From assembly GCA_963669175.1 (NCBI GenBank), contig OY769902.1:32001-96000 (forward strand): a stretch of DNA of 64,000 bases, written 5' to 3'. The DNA comes from a bacterium. Its GTDB lineage: Bacteria > Electryoneota > Electryoneia > Electryoneales > Electryoneaceae. Position numbers and translations under genes: made by a program. The notes beneath the pieces were generated by a model. The model was given only the letters and a program-made list of their open reading frames with translations, had not been told where the DNA came from and ran no database searches. Numbering within the stretch: the first letter of the stretch is position 1; the number at the start of each line of letters is the position of its first letter. This document shows positions 1 to 9,693 of this stretch, piece after piece.

Positions 1-2520
1 CCTGGTGACAACCAGCCAATCATCTCGGTAAGTGTTGAAGAAATCGATTTCGGGTATACCGTTCTGGAAGAAACCGCTGAAATCGAGTTTATTATCGAAA
101 ACATTGGCACCGTTGACCTGGTTCTGGACAGCGCCATATTCGACGAGCACTTCGACTATGAACTTGATCCACAGAACCCGGTGATCGCGCCTGATGGCCA
201 GGTTACCGTGATCGCCTCCTTCACACCGGATGAATTCGGCCTGGAGACCACTACGGCAACTATCTACTCTAACGACCCGATTCATCCGGCAGTGGATATC
301 TTCGCCCAGGGCTTTGGCGTCTACTCCATCTCCGGACCAGAAGCGGTTTCTACCATTGTGGACTTTGGATCGGTCTGGATACCGCATGAGCTGAACGGCA
401 TCGCATCCGATACCATCACGATTTACAACCCCGGCATGGATGATCTTATCCTGGAATCCATGACTTTTGTCGGAGAAGACGGTTTTTCTGCAGAAGACAT
501 TACCCCATACACTCTTGCAGTCATGGAAACAGTACAGGTTGCCATTTTCTTCCAGCCAACCCTCGATTCGGATTATGAATGTACCCTCGAATTCACCAAC
601 GACAATACCGATGATATCCTGACATTCTTCCTGTCCGGACATGGTTCCCTGTTCACACAGGATTTCGGCAATCCGTTCTGGTTTGGTCATATCCAGGATT
701 CCCCCAAAGTGACCGCGGTTGAACCCTTCGGCGATATCAACGGAGATGGCATCCGTGAGATTCTGGTCACGCACGATGATGCCAAATCGGTGTGTATTGA
801 TGGCGCCTCTTCCGGTCACCCGATCATCTACTGGACCTTTGACACCGGAACCAACAACTACAACACCGGCTATCCCCTGACAGAACGTGATGTTCTGGCT
901 GCGGGCGATTTGAACGGCGATGAGATAAACGATGTGGTCATCGGTTGTGGTGGCGGCAATGAACATGTCTATGCGTTGAACGGCCTTGACGGCAGTATCA
1001 TCTGGTCTTTCGGGGATGATGAAGACTGGGATCTGGGCGATATCAACGAAGTCTGCCTGCATGTGGACATCACTGGAGATGGAGTCAGGGAAATTCTCGC
1101 GGCGGCAGGTGACAACTCCAGTGGTGATGGACGCCGTTCCGTGTATTGCTTCAACGGCGCAACCGGAGCGCTCGAATGGATGTATGAAACGGGAGGAAGC
1201 GCCTATTCCGTATGCTCAATCTGGGACATTAACGGTGATACGGTGAACGATGTTGTTGGCGTAAACGGTGGTGATACGAACCATCTGCTGGCCATTATTG
1301 ACGGCGCCAACGGGACCGGCATCACTTCCTTCGATCCGGGCGGCCCGATATGGCAGGTGCTTTTCGCTGGCGACCTGACGGACGATGTCATCCCGGACAT
1401 CATCACCGCAGATTTTTATGACGGTATAACGGCCCGCAGTGGAGCTACCGGGGAAATCCTCTGGCAGTATACAACGGGCAGTCTTTTTACAGAGGTCGAG
1501 TTGATCGGTGATGTCAACCGAGATGCTTATTACGACTTTGCCATTGTCAATTTGACCGAAACAATACCTTTGCTTGACGGTTGCACCGGCGAAGTCATGT
1601 GGACATTTACCGCAGGTGATAACATCCTGGATGTGGAATTTTCACCGGATCTGGATAACGACCTGCTCCCGGATGTCCTGTTGACTTCACTCGACGGCAC
1701 CGTGCGTGCAGCTTCAGGCGCTGATGGAACCGAGATATTCATGATGACACCGGGCAACGGCGCTGTGGAAGTGGTTCACTCCATGGATGATATCGACAAT
1801 AACCGTAGTCCTGAGATTCTATTCGGTACTCGTAACGGCGATATCGCCTGCATCAGTGGCGGCGATTTGATCGAGGATTACCCGATCATTGCACATAATC
1901 CCGGGTACATCGAGCTCTATTTCTATGCTCATCATGGCGATTTCATCCTAGAAGAAACCCCGGACACCGTGTACAACGTCGGCACAGACACCCTGTTCCT
2001 GAGCATCGAAGATATTGTCTGGACAACCGGTTATATAGATCCGGATTACATGACTCCATCCGTTACCGATTCCATCCCTCCGGGCGGTTCAGGACTTGTC
2101 GCTCTGAACATCACAGATGAGTTTGAAGGAGATGGCATCATCGGGTATGTTCTGCTCACGACCAATGCTCCGGGCACGGAATCCGATACCGTCTGGATTG
2201 ATGCGATTTGGGCAGTGGACGAGGATAAGAGATTTCTACCCGACGAATACGCCTTGAAGGCCCCTTACCCGAACCCGTTCAACTCTACGGTTCGCATCGG
2301 GTACACCCTGCCTGAAACGGCAGATATCTCCATGCGGGTCTATGATGTCCTGGGACGGGAAGTTGTTCAACTGGCAACCGGGTTAAAACAGGCTGGCAGG
2401 TATGAACTTGCCTGGAATGGTCGGTCAGCGTCCGGTTCACCTGTCGCAAGTGGGATTTACTTCGTGCAGATGAAAGCCGGAGGCCATTCGTTCATTCAGC
2501 AGGTGCATTTAATCAAGTAA
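1..2520 (+). CDS. Secreted protein, 5'-partial: ASH/Ig-like domains, FG-GAP-type beta-propeller repeats, C-terminal T9SS/FlgD-type domain
   Basis: Frame is open from base 1 (PGDNQPIISVSVEEIDFGY...). Repeated DxNGDG motifs (GDINGDG, GDLNGDE, DITGDG, DINGD). Ends YPNPFN...VYDVLGREV...SGIYFVQM. Confidence 0.85.
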   Translation, partial: PGDNQPIISVSVEEIDFGYTVLEETAEIEFIIENIGTVDLVLDSAIFDEHFDYELDPQNPVIAPDGQVTVIASFTPDEFGLETTTATIYSNDPIHPAVDIFAQGFGVYSISGPEAVSTIVDFGSVWIPHELNGIASDTITIYNPGMDDLILESMTFVGEDGFSAEDITPYTLAVMETVQVAIFFQPTLDSDYECTLEFTNDNTDDILTFFLSGHGSLFTQDFGNPFWFGHIQDSPKVTAVEPFGDINGDGIREILVTHDDAKSVCIDGASSGHPIIYWTFDTGTNNYNTGYPLTERDVLAAGDLNGDEINDVVIGCGGGNEHVYALNGLDGSIIWSFGDDEDWDLGDINEVCLHVDITGDGVREILAAAGDNSSGDGRRSVYCFNGATGALEWMYETGGSAYSVCSIWDINGDTVNDVVGVNGGDTNHLLAIIDGANGTGITSFDPGGPIWQVLFAGDLTDDVIPDIITADFYDGITARSGATGEILWQYTTGSLFTEVELIGDVNRDAYYDFAIVNLTETIPLLDGCTGEVMWTFTAGDNILDVEFSPDLDNDLLPDVLLTSLDGTVRAASGADGTEIFMMTPGNGAVEVVHSMDDIDNNRSPEILFGTRNGDIACISGGDLIEDYPIIAHNPGYIELYFYAHHGDFILEETPDTVYNVGTDTLFLSIEDIVWTTGYIDPDYMTPSVTDSIPPGGSGLVALNITDEFEGDGIIGYVLLTTNAPGTESDTVWIDAIWAVDEDKRFLPDEYALKAPYPNPFNSTVRIGYTLPETADISMRVYDVLGREVVQLATGLKQAGRYELAWNGRSASGSPVASGIYFVQMKAGGHSFIQQVHLIK

Positions 2521-2530
2521 AACTCTGATT

Positions 2531-2680
2531 TACAGGATGGACAAGATGATGAATGACAAACAGGATAAAAAGTGCTTAACAGGATGATAGGATGATAGGA
2601 TATCAAGGATAACAAAAATGATTCCTTTTTTATAATAGTCTTGTAATTTTTTCTTTGCGTCTTTGCGTCTTGGCGTGAAA
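2531..2680. repeat. Short degenerate tandem repeats ((C/T)AGGATGA-like and CTTTGCGT octamers)
   Basis: caggatgataggatgataggat at ~2580-2601; ctttgcgt ctttgcgt cttggcgt at 2653-2676. Confidence 0.6.
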
Positions 2681-2683
2681 CAT

Positions 2684-2718
2684 AAAAAACACGCGCAACC
2701 GATTCCGGTTGCGCGTGT
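2684..2718 (-). terminator. Rho-independent terminator downstream of the peroxiredoxin
   Basis: 12-bp perfect stem ACACGCGCAACC/GGTTGCGCGTGT followed by a T run on the minus strand. Confidence 0.8.
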
Positions 2719-2742
2719 CAGGTCGTTGTGTTCAGAGGAATG

Positions 2743-3453
2743 TTATTCGAAAGCCATCTCGGGCTTCCATTCTTTCCAGACTTCCCCGGCAAGGTTGAAC
2801 CCAGGTTTCAGGGTCGGTTTTCCGGGCGTCCATCCGGATGGGGTGACTTCTCCGGTAGCCACTACATGCTGGAAGGCCTTCACCTGGCGGATCAGTTCGG
2901 ACACATTCCGTCCGACCTCCGGCGTGAGCACTTCCATGGCACGGATGTTGAAGTCAGGGTCAATGATGAAGCGTCCACGGATATCCACTCCTGCCGCTTC
3001 TTCATACACCCCGTAGGCTTTTCCGATCGCACCTCCGGCGTCGGACAACATGGGAAATGGCACCCCACCCTCGATCATTTTCGAGAGCTCTTCGTTTTGC
3101 CAGATCTTGTGGGTAAACTTGGAATCGGTACTGGCCGCCAGGACCACAACTCCCAGCTCTTCCAGTTCCTTATGCTTGGCCGCGACCGCGGTCAACTCGG
3201 TGGGTCAAACGAAGGTAAAGTCACCGGGATAGAAACAAAGTACTATCCACTTCCCTTTGTAATCGGACAACTTCACGTTTACGAAGTTGTTCTGATAAAA
3301 TGCTCCGGCCTCAAAATCCGGAGCAGGACGACCTACTCGTGCAGTCATCACTCCTCCTCCTGTCTTCTTTTCTTCCGCAACCGCCTCTTCCGGTTGCTCG
3401 GCATCCTCGCCCAGCACTCCTGCTGCCGGCGAGACACACCCTTCATCAGCCAT
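2743..3453 (-). CDS. prxU: Selenocysteine-containing peroxiredoxin (AhpC/Prx1, PrxU-type), 236 aa, Sec codon at 3207-3205
   Basis: ORFs 3205..3483 and 2743..3195 share a frame and are separated by one TGA, reading [14 protein letters not shown] (canonical FTFVCPTE). ATG at 3453 follows GGAGGAGG. Later motifs RGRFIID and VGRN. Confidence 0.92.
3176..3195 (-). promoter_or_regulatory. Putative bacterial SECIS element
   Basis: Minus-strand hairpin UUGACCGC-GGUC-GCGGCCAA (7 of 8 pairs, G in the apical loop) starts 9 nt after the UGA. Confidence 0.7.
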
Positions 3454-3673
3454 GATTCCTCCTCCTCTGTTTTCAACGACCATCTTACCATGTTCGGTAG
3501 ATTCAAGAAGATACGAAGTTAGGCAAGGTCAAAAAACAGAAGGATGTTCTCAAAAGGACAAAGGCGAGAAAAAGAAGTTCAGCGATGTGCTCACAAATTG
3601 AAATAAAGCTTTGAAAACCCCAGGATAATCTTAAAAAGTCCATTCCGAGGAGGTGAGGAGTTTTCCTTTTCTT

Positions 3674-4423
3674 TCAGTTAATTCTATAGACTCGTTCACC
3701 CGTGGGATGATAACAATACTGCACATCCCACGAAGTTCCATCTTCAAAATTCCCTGTCCACTCTGGCCACATGCTGGTATTGAAAACAAACTGAATAGAA
3801 TCCTGCGCTAATTCAGGGACGTACCAATGGAGGTGCCTGCTACTTGTAATCGAACGACTCGCAAGGCATTGGGCAAAATCAGAATTTGAATAAATGTAAA
3901 CACAAATTGCCCCATTTAACGGCGATCCAATTGAAAGATCTATCTGTTGATCAGTGTCCAGGGTTGCGGTATCCGGCAATCCAAGAATCTGCATAGGCGA
4001 TCTTACAAAGATTTCACCGTCAACAACCAGTGAATCACCTAATTCCGCTATCACTGCCGTTATAGTATCAGGAGTAAAACTGTCGAGTTGAAAAATAAAG
4101 GTTGAATCTTCGGTAAAATCTGGTTGAATCACGCCTCCGATAGATACAGTTACATCTGTTAGCGCCCTCGATGAGTAAGATATCCCTGATATGTAAGGAT
4201 TAGTTAAATCATAAAATAAGACTTTCACTTCAGCGTGGACTGGGATGACAGGATCAACACATGCTATAGTTTCATATATTCTCACCCTCATTCGCACATA
4301 CCATTCACCATTTTCAGCATCAATATCTGTTGCAGTAACCTCTTCTTTATCAGTACAACTAACGCAAAAAGAACATATAAGACAAAGAACCAGAGTGCAA
4401 GATAGTACGTTTCGTTGTCCCAC
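3674..4423 (-). CDS. Hypothetical lipoprotein, paralog of 4465..5247
   Basis: GTG start after GGAGG; signal peptide ending ...FCVSC-TDKEE; shares GLP(D/E)xAT and HxxWYVPExAxDxI motifs with its neighbour; visibly AT-richer than flanks. Confidence 0.75.
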   Translation of the reverse strand: MGQRNVLSCTLVLCLICSFCVSCTDKEEVTATDIDAENGEWYVRMRVRIYETIACVDPVIPVHAEVKVLFYDLTNPYISGISYSSRALTDVTVSIGGVIQPDFTEDSTFIFQLDSFTPDTITAVIAELGDSLVVDGEIFVRSPMQILGLPDTATLDTDQQIDLSIGSPLNGAICVYIYSNSDFAQCLASRSITSSRHLHWYVPELAQDSIQFVFNTSMWPEWTGNFEDGTSWDVQYCYHPTGERVYRIN

Positions 4424-4464
4424 AATGAAAATCCTCCCCGTTTTGAAATATTCGCTTCTTCAGG

Positions 4465-5247
4465 TCACTGAATCGTGACTTCACTATTACATTTCAGGTT
4501 TCGCGTGTAGGTGCTGAAGGTATTCCCGGAAGGTGGATATTCCGTAGTTGAATACATAACGAGATAGTTCACATCAGAATTCAGGTATATTCGATCTTTA
4601 GCGCTTTCCGGAACATACCAGTAAAAATGTTGACCTGGCTTTAGCCAGGTGCTGGTCAACTCTTGTGCATTATAGCGCCCCTCATTGCGAATCGAAAGGT
4701 GTAAACTGCTAAAGAATGAATCCGCCTGATAGAACAAATCAACATTTTCACCGCGGTTCCAAGTCGCATCTTCAGGCAACCCGATGAGACTGGGACATCG
4801 TGGTGTTCGAAGAGTATCAATCAGGAAAATGGTATCGCCCAGTGAAGCTTGAACAATGAGAGAATCGGGGTATTCAAATGAGGAAAATTGCAGATAGTAG
4901 CAATCACGCTCATCTGAATAAGGAATAAGAGAATCACCATAGTAAACAATAGCATCATTTATTTTTTGCAGAATAATAATATGATCTACCCATGGTTCGC
5001 TTTCATCCCAATAAAGGACTCCCTGCTTCACAATTTTGAAGGTCAGTAAGGGTGGCACAGCATTAGGGCTGTTCTCTATATAGAAATCTCCGTGTGAATA
5101 AAGTTGATAGAATTCATGTATAATATCATCAGGGTTATACCCCAGAGTATCGCCTGGAGTGCTTGTGAACGAATCATCATCTTCTCCGCATCCTGTAACT
5201 AACCAAAGAGACAAGATCGCGAGGAAGAGTATTCCCTGGACGCGCAT
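4465..5247 (-). CDS. Hypothetical lipoprotein, paralog of 3674..4423
   Basis: ATG at 5247 after GGAGG; lipobox LVTGC-GEDDD; LIGLPEDAT and HFYWYVPESAKDRI. Confidence 0.78.
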   Translation of the reverse strand: MRVQGILFLAILSLWLVTGCGEDDDSFTSTPGDTLGYNPDDIIHEFYQLYSHGDFYIENSPNAVPPLLTFKIVKQGVLYWDESEPWVDHIIILQKINDAIVYYGDSLIPYSDERDCYYLQFSSFEYPDSLIVQASLGDTIFLIDTLRTPRCPSLIGLPEDATWNRGENVDLFYQADSFFSSLHLSIRNEGRYNAQELTSTWLKPGQHFYWYVPESAKDRIYLNSDVNYLVMYSTTEYPPSGNTFSTYTRNLKCNSEVTIQ

Positions 5248-5442
5248 AATATCCTCCATAAAAACCTGAATACCTTGGCACAACCATTTCAAAATTCAAT
5301 ATACATCATTAAGCAAAGCTCCAACAAACGTAGCCCATACCTTTCATTCATCTTTCAACGGTAAGAAGACACGCGCAACCACTTCCGGCTACGCAACAGG
5401 ATGAGAATTTGTATTGCAGTATGGCGCTATTTTTTCAGGGAC

Positions 5443-5541
5443 GGGTGGCCAGATCCGCAAGAACAAATGCTTCCACTGTAATTGAGTCAAAAAACAATGA
5501 TGAAACATCTATTCTTGATGAGGTAGCGAGCGCATCGGGAC
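5443..5541 (+). repeat. ~100-bp fixed-length element, copy A
   Basis: GGGTGGCCAGATCCGCAAG...GAGCGCATCGGGAC, 99 bp; same ends as copies at 14091, 16737 and 62174. Confidence 0.8.
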
Positions 5542-5665
5542 AAGTCTGGTTCTGGGCGCCTCAGTCAGAAAATTAAAGCTTTATCCCAGTCTTGATCATC
5601 TGTTATCCCAGCGGGATGTTTCACCGTCTACTGTACGCGGTGAAATGGCAGGAATACCAACAAAC

Positions 5666-5692
5666 AAACCCGGCCTCAAAGAGAGGTCGGGC
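5666..5692 (-). terminator. Probable terminator after rplS
   Basis: CCCGGCCTC-aaaga-GAGGTCGGG hairpin followed by TTTGTTTG on the minus strand. Confidence 0.55.
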
Positions 5693-5739
5693 ATAGATGT
5701 CTCAACAAATGCCGGCATAAGCATGCCGGTTGTGCAGGA

Positions 5740-6096
5740 CTATTGGCGCACTTTGTCCTTGATACGGGCAGCTTTACCGATCCGGTCACGGAGATAATAA
5801 ATCTTCGCGCGACGGACACGGCCTTCACGCAGCCGCTCGATCTTCGCAATGGACGGGGAATGCAGCGGGAACACACGCTCCACACCGATGCCGCCCGAAA
5901 CTTTACGGACTGTGAACGCCGCGTTGGAGGTCTTGCCACCCTTGCGGGAGATTACCGTACCACGGAAAATCTGGATACGTTCTTTGCCGCCTTCAACAAT
6001 GCGCACATGCACATCTACCGTATCGCCAGGGCCGAATTCGGGGATATCGTCTTTCAGTTCCCTGCGGTCGAGTTCTTGAATAATCTGGTCCGACAT
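5740..6096 (-). CDS. rplS: 50S ribosomal protein L19
   Basis: [29 protein letters not shown]...GVERVFP...[12 protein letters not shown]; canonical operon position. Confidence 0.98.
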   Translation of the reverse strand: MSDQIIQELDRRELKDDIPEFGPGDTVDVHVRIVEGGKERIQIFRGTVISRKGGKTSNAAFTVRKVSGGIGVERVFPLHSPSIAKIERLREGRVRRAKIYYLRDRIGKAARIKDKVRQ

Positions 6097-6205
6097 GACT
6101 ACACCGTTATGTTTATGCTTTCGTAGAACGTGCCAATGTATGGAAACGAATACCGTTATGCCACTGTTTTCTCAAAACGAGAGCCTCGTCCGCTCTCTAT
6201 GTCCA

Positions 6206-6907
6206 TCACTTTTGTGCTTTTAACCATGATTCATACAAATCCGGTCGAAGCTCTTTCGTGCGCTCAAGTGCCTGTTGCTGCCGCCACTCATCAATTTTCG
6301 CGTGATGACCGCTGACTAATACATCCGGAACAGACCGCCCTTCCCATTCCTGGGGCTGGGTGTAGTGCGGATGATCCAGCAGGCCACGGGTGAAACTGTC
6401 GCCTTCCGCTGATTCAAAATCGTGCAGCACACCCGGAAGCAGTCGCACCACGGCATCCGCAATCACCACCGCAGCAGGTTCACCACCAGTCAGGATATAA
6501 TCCCCGATGCTGATCTCCATGTCCACCAGGGAATCAATCGCTCGCTGATCCAGCCCCTTGTAATGGCCGCAAAGGATCACCAGGCGTTCTTCACGTGCCA
6601 GGGTTTCGGCCAGATTTTGGTCCAGCTTGCGTCCCTGTGGGCTGGTATACAGCACCTTGGGTTCCGGCTGGGGGTGACGGTCCTTCAAAGAACGCAGTGC
6701 ATCAGCGACAGGCTGCGCTTTCAGCACCATGCCGGGACCACCGCCGAATGGCTTGTCGTCCACGGTTTTATGTTTATCCGTCGCAAAATCACGAAGGTTG
6801 ATCACTTCGATTTCCGCGACACCGAACCGCTGAGCTCGCGCCAGCATGGATTCGTTCAACATCATTCGTACACCATCGGGAAAGAGCGTCACGATCTCGA
6901 TCCGCAT
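6206..6907 (-). CDS. trmD: tRNA (guanine37-N1)-methyltransferase
   Basis: DDKPFGGGPGMVL, LCGHYKGLDQR, SIGDYILTGGE, LDHPHYT. Confidence 0.98.
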   Translation of the reverse strand: MRIEIVTLFPDGVRMMLNESMLARAQRFGVAEIEVINLRDFATDKHKTVDDKPFGGGPGMVLKAQPVADALRSLKDRHPQPEPKVLYTSPQGRKLDQNLAETLAREERLVILCGHYKGLDQRAIDSLVDMEISIGDYILTGGEPAAVVIADAVVRLLPGVLHDFESAEGDSFTRGLLDHPHYTQPQEWEGRSVPDVLVSGHHAKIDEWRQQQALERTKELRPDLYESWLKAQK

Positions 6908-6941
6908 AGTTCCCTCCGTAGTACGCTTCCCGGTTCGATGA

Positions 6942-7496
6942 TCAGGCCGAACCTTCTTCAGTCTCGTTGATCAGGCCGTCCGGAAGATCCACATTGATGA
7001 TACGGTTTTCGAGATCCATCTCAACGATGAATTCAATAACCGCGGGAATCAGCACTTCGCCAAACGGGCCGTCAACCTGCCAGATATCCTGAGCTGCCTG
7101 GTCAATTACCCCGGTAACGGTTCCCAGTTCGCCATGTGTCTCATCCACAATTTTGCATCCGACCAGGTCATCGATGTAATACATGTCATCGAACAACTCG
7201 AGTCGCTGGGAATCGTCAATGAACACCTCGCCGCCGACCAGTTTTTCCGCCAGTTCGCGAAGTGGCGCTTCCTTAAATCGAACGTAGACAGCCTGACCTT
7301 CAATCCGCATCCGCTTGAACGTGTAAAACTGCGGTTCCTGTCCGGTCATCTCAACCCAGACACCGTCCAGTTCTTCGAACCGGTAGACGTCCCAGGTCAT
7401 GGGGGCGATTTTCAGGTCGCCACGCAGCCCTCTTACCTTCGCGATCAGTCCGATCTGCAAGCGGCGTGAGGGAGGAGGACAGATTGGATCAGCCAT
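6942..7496 (-). CDS. rimM: Ribosome maturation factor RimM
   Basis: IGLIAKVRGLRGDLKI, YYIDDLVGC, EVLIPAV; lies between the KH gene and trmD. Confidence 0.95.
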   Translation of the reverse strand: MADPICPPPSRRLQIGLIAKVRGLRGDLKIAPMTWDVYRFEELDGVWVEMTGQEPQFYTFKRMRIEGQAVYVRFKEAPLRELAEKLVGGEVFIDDSQRLELFDDMYYIDDLVGCKIVDETHGELGTVTGVIDQAAQDIWQVDGPFGEVLIPAVIEFIVEMDLENRIINVDLPDGLINETEEGSA

Positions 7497-7752
7497 CTTT
7501 TTCCGATTTCACCAAGTCAAGGGTGACCTTTTTACCGCGCCGTGCAGCCGTTGCAATAGCAATCTGACGAATAGCCTGAATAATACGGCCATCCTTGCCG
7601 ATTACCCTGCCTTCGTCACCAGCAGCCACGTACAAGCTGATACGAATTTTATCACCGGTAACATCAGCGTCCGCACTGACTTCTTCAGGACGGTCCACCA
7701 GATGCTTGGCAATAAAATCGACCAGGTCAGCCAACAGCTCGGCGTCAACCAT
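7489..7752 (-). CDS. khpA: KH-domain RNA-binding protein (KhpA/YlqC family)
   Basis: LVDRPEEV...DEGRVIGKDGRIIQAIR (GxxG loop); follows rpsP. Confidence 0.9.
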   Translation of the reverse strand: MVDAELLADLVDFIAKHLVDRPEEVSADADVTGDKIRISLYVAAGDEGRVIGKDGRIIQAIRQIAIATAARRGKKVTLDLVKSEKDG

Positions 7753-7758
7753 TGCGGT

Positions 7759-8340
7759 TTACTCGGCCTTTTCTTCCTTCACTTCTTCTTCGGCCGCTTC
7801 TTCCGCTTTGGGCTCTTCTGCCGGCTTCTCTTCAGCCTTGGCTTCGGCCTTTTCCTCTACCTTGGCCTCTGCCTTTTCGGGAGCCTTTTCTTCTTTCTTC
7901 TCTTCCTTCTCTTCCTTCTTGGCTTCCTTCTTCGGCTTCGGCTTTTCGACAGGTTCGGGCGGCGTCACATCAAAGACCGGCTTTTCGACCGGCTTCGTAG
8001 CTTCTTTGCCCAGGGTGCCGTAGTGACGTGCACGCAGTTCTTCGACCGCTGCTTCGATCTTTTCCTGATCGTAGCCACGCTTGGTCATGTCCCAGCGAAG
8101 CATGATGCCTTCACGACGGAACAGGCTGCGGACGGTGTCGGACGGCTTGGCGCCATTGTTCAGCCACTTGACGGCGACATCGTGATCGATCTCGACTTTG
8201 GCCGGACGGCTAAGCGGATCATAGATACCGACGTTTTCCAGGTACTTGCCATCACGACGTTGGCGGCTGTCCAATGCGACGATGCGGTAGAACGGCCTCT
8301 TTTTACGACCCATGCGGGTCAGTCTCAGCTTTACTGCCAC
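7759..8340 (-). CDS. rpsP: 30S ribosomal protein S16 with long Lys/Glu/Ala-rich C-terminal tail
   Basis: MAVKLRLTRMGRKKRPFYRIVALDSR...RDGKYLENVGIYDP. Confidence 0.97.
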   Translation of the reverse strand: MAVKLRLTRMGRKKRPFYRIVALDSRQRRDGKYLENVGIYDPLSRPAKVEIDHDVAVKWLNNGAKPSDTVRSLFRREGIMLRWDMTKRGYDQEKIEAAVEELRARHYGTLGKEATKPVEKPVFDVTPPEPVEKPKPKKEAKKEEKEEKKEEKAPEKAEAKVEEKAEAKAEEKPAEEPKAEEAAEEEVKEEKAE

Positions 8341-8354
8341 GTTTCTTTACTCCT

Positions 8355-9683
8355 CTATCCGGGCAAGGGGCCGAATCCTGCAGGCATTCCTTTTTTACCC
8401 ATCTTGCCCATCCTCTTCATCATCTTCTGCATCTGGGTGAACTGGTTCAACAACCGGTTCACATCTTGTACTGTTGTGCCACTGCCAAGTGCAATCCGTT
8501 TGCGTCGGCTGCCGTTGATGATGTTCGGCTTGCGACGCTCTTCCGGTGTCATGGACAGGATAATCGCCTCAACGTGCTTCATCTCCTTGGGATCAACTTC
8601 GATGCCCTTGAGCTGCTTGCCCACGCCGGGGATCATTTTCAACAGGTTTTCCAGCGGGCCCATGTTGGCGATCTGCTGGAGCTGGCTCAAAAAATCTTCA
8701 AGGTCAAACTGCTGCTTCTTCAACTTCTCAGCAAGCTTGGCCGTCTTTTCAAAGTCCATCGATTCCTGGGCTTTTTCCACCAGGGAGACGACGTCTCCCA
8801 TGCCCAGGATACGATTTGCCATCCGGTCGGGGTGGAATTCCTCGATCTCGTCGAGTTTTTCACCCATACCCACGAACCGGATCGGCTCGCCGGTAACTTC
8901 ACGGATGCTGAGCGCCGCCCCACCACGAGCGTCGCCGTCCATCTTGGTCAGAATAATGCCCGAAATGCCGAGCTGCTCATTAAACGCCTTGGCGGAATTC
9001 ACCGCGTCCTGACCGGTCATGCCATCAGCAACGAACAGGACTTCCGACGGTTTGAGCTGTTCCTTGATCTCGGTCAGCTCATGCATAAGGGCTTCGTCAA
9101 CGTGCAAACGGCCGGCGGTGTCCACGATTAACGTGTCCAACCCTTCGACTGATGCTTTGCGCTTGGCTTCAAGTGCGACCGCCAGGGGATTGCTTGAACG
9201 GTCTACCACGACATTAACGCCGACCTGTTCGCCAACCCGTTCGAGCTGGTCGATCGCTGCCGGACGCTGCATATCACATGCGGCCAACAGGGGACGCATG
9301 CCACGCTTTTTAAGATATAGCGCTAATTTGCCCGAACTGGTCGTTTTTCCTGAACCCTGGAGCCCCACCATCAGGTATACCGTGGGCGGCTCCTTGCTTC
9401 TGCGTAGCTGGCTCCAGTTACGTCCCAGCAGTTCCGTGAGTTCGTCGTGCAGGATCTTGACCACCTGCTGCGCCGGGGTGACCGATTTGATCACCTCTTC
9501 GCCGACTGCACGTTCTTCGACACGCTTCAGGAAACTTTTCGCAACCTTGAAGTTGACGTCCGCTTCGAGCAGAATACGCCGAACCTCACGCAGGGCAGCC
9601 TGAACATCCTTCTCGGTCAGTTTGCCACGGCCGCGAAGCTTCTTGAAAAAGCCGTCAAGTTTATCTTGTAACTCACCAAACAC
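8355..9683 (-). CDS. ffh: Signal recognition particle protein Ffh
   Basis: GLQGSGKTT, DTAGR, TKMDGDARGG, M-domain SRRKRIALGSG; probable GTG start at 9683 (MFGELQDKL). Confidence 0.98.
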   Translation of the reverse strand: MFGELQDKLDGFFKKLRGRGKLTEKDVQAALREVRRILLEADVNFKVAKSFLKRVEERAVGEEVIKSVTPAQQVVKILHDELTELLGRNWSQLRRSKEPPTVYLMVGLQGSGKTTSSGKLALYLKKRGMRPLLAACDMQRPAAIDQLERVGEQVGVNVVVDRSSNPLAVALEAKRKASVEGLDTLIVDTAGRLHVDEALMHELTEIKEQLKPSEVLFVADGMTGQDAVNSAKAFNEQLGISGIILTKMDGDARGGAALSIREVTGEPIRFVGMGEKLDEIEEFHPDRMANRILGMGDVVSLVEKAQESMDFEKTAKLAEKLKKQQFDLEDFLSQLQQIANMGPLENLLKMIPGVGKQLKGIEVDPKEMKHVEAIILSMTPEERRKPNIINGSRRKRIALGSGTTVQDVNRLLNQFTQMQKMMKRMGKMGKKGMPAGFGPLPG

Positions 9684-9693
9684 GAGCAAAACC

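Noticed and set aside
2743-3483. Peroxiredoxin as a nonsense pseudogene or two genes
   Set aside because: The only stop is TGA exactly at the catalytic Cys codon and a SECIS-like hairpin follows, so Sec is the better explanation.
2728-3522. 264-aa plus-strand ORF covering the peroxiredoxin
   Set aside because: Antisense shadow; the minus strand carries the conserved Prx motifs.
7759-8050. Long low-complexity tail on S16
   Set aside because: Lys/Glu/Ala-rich extensions on S16 are known in several phyla; not novel.
7399-9012. 537-aa plus-strand ORF (likewise 8274..9131, 26245..27741, 41119..42105, 43417..44925, 22304..23083)
   Set aside because: Antisense shadows of clearly identified genes (ffh/rpsP, M16, parA, C25, beta-helix) with no recognisable motifs.
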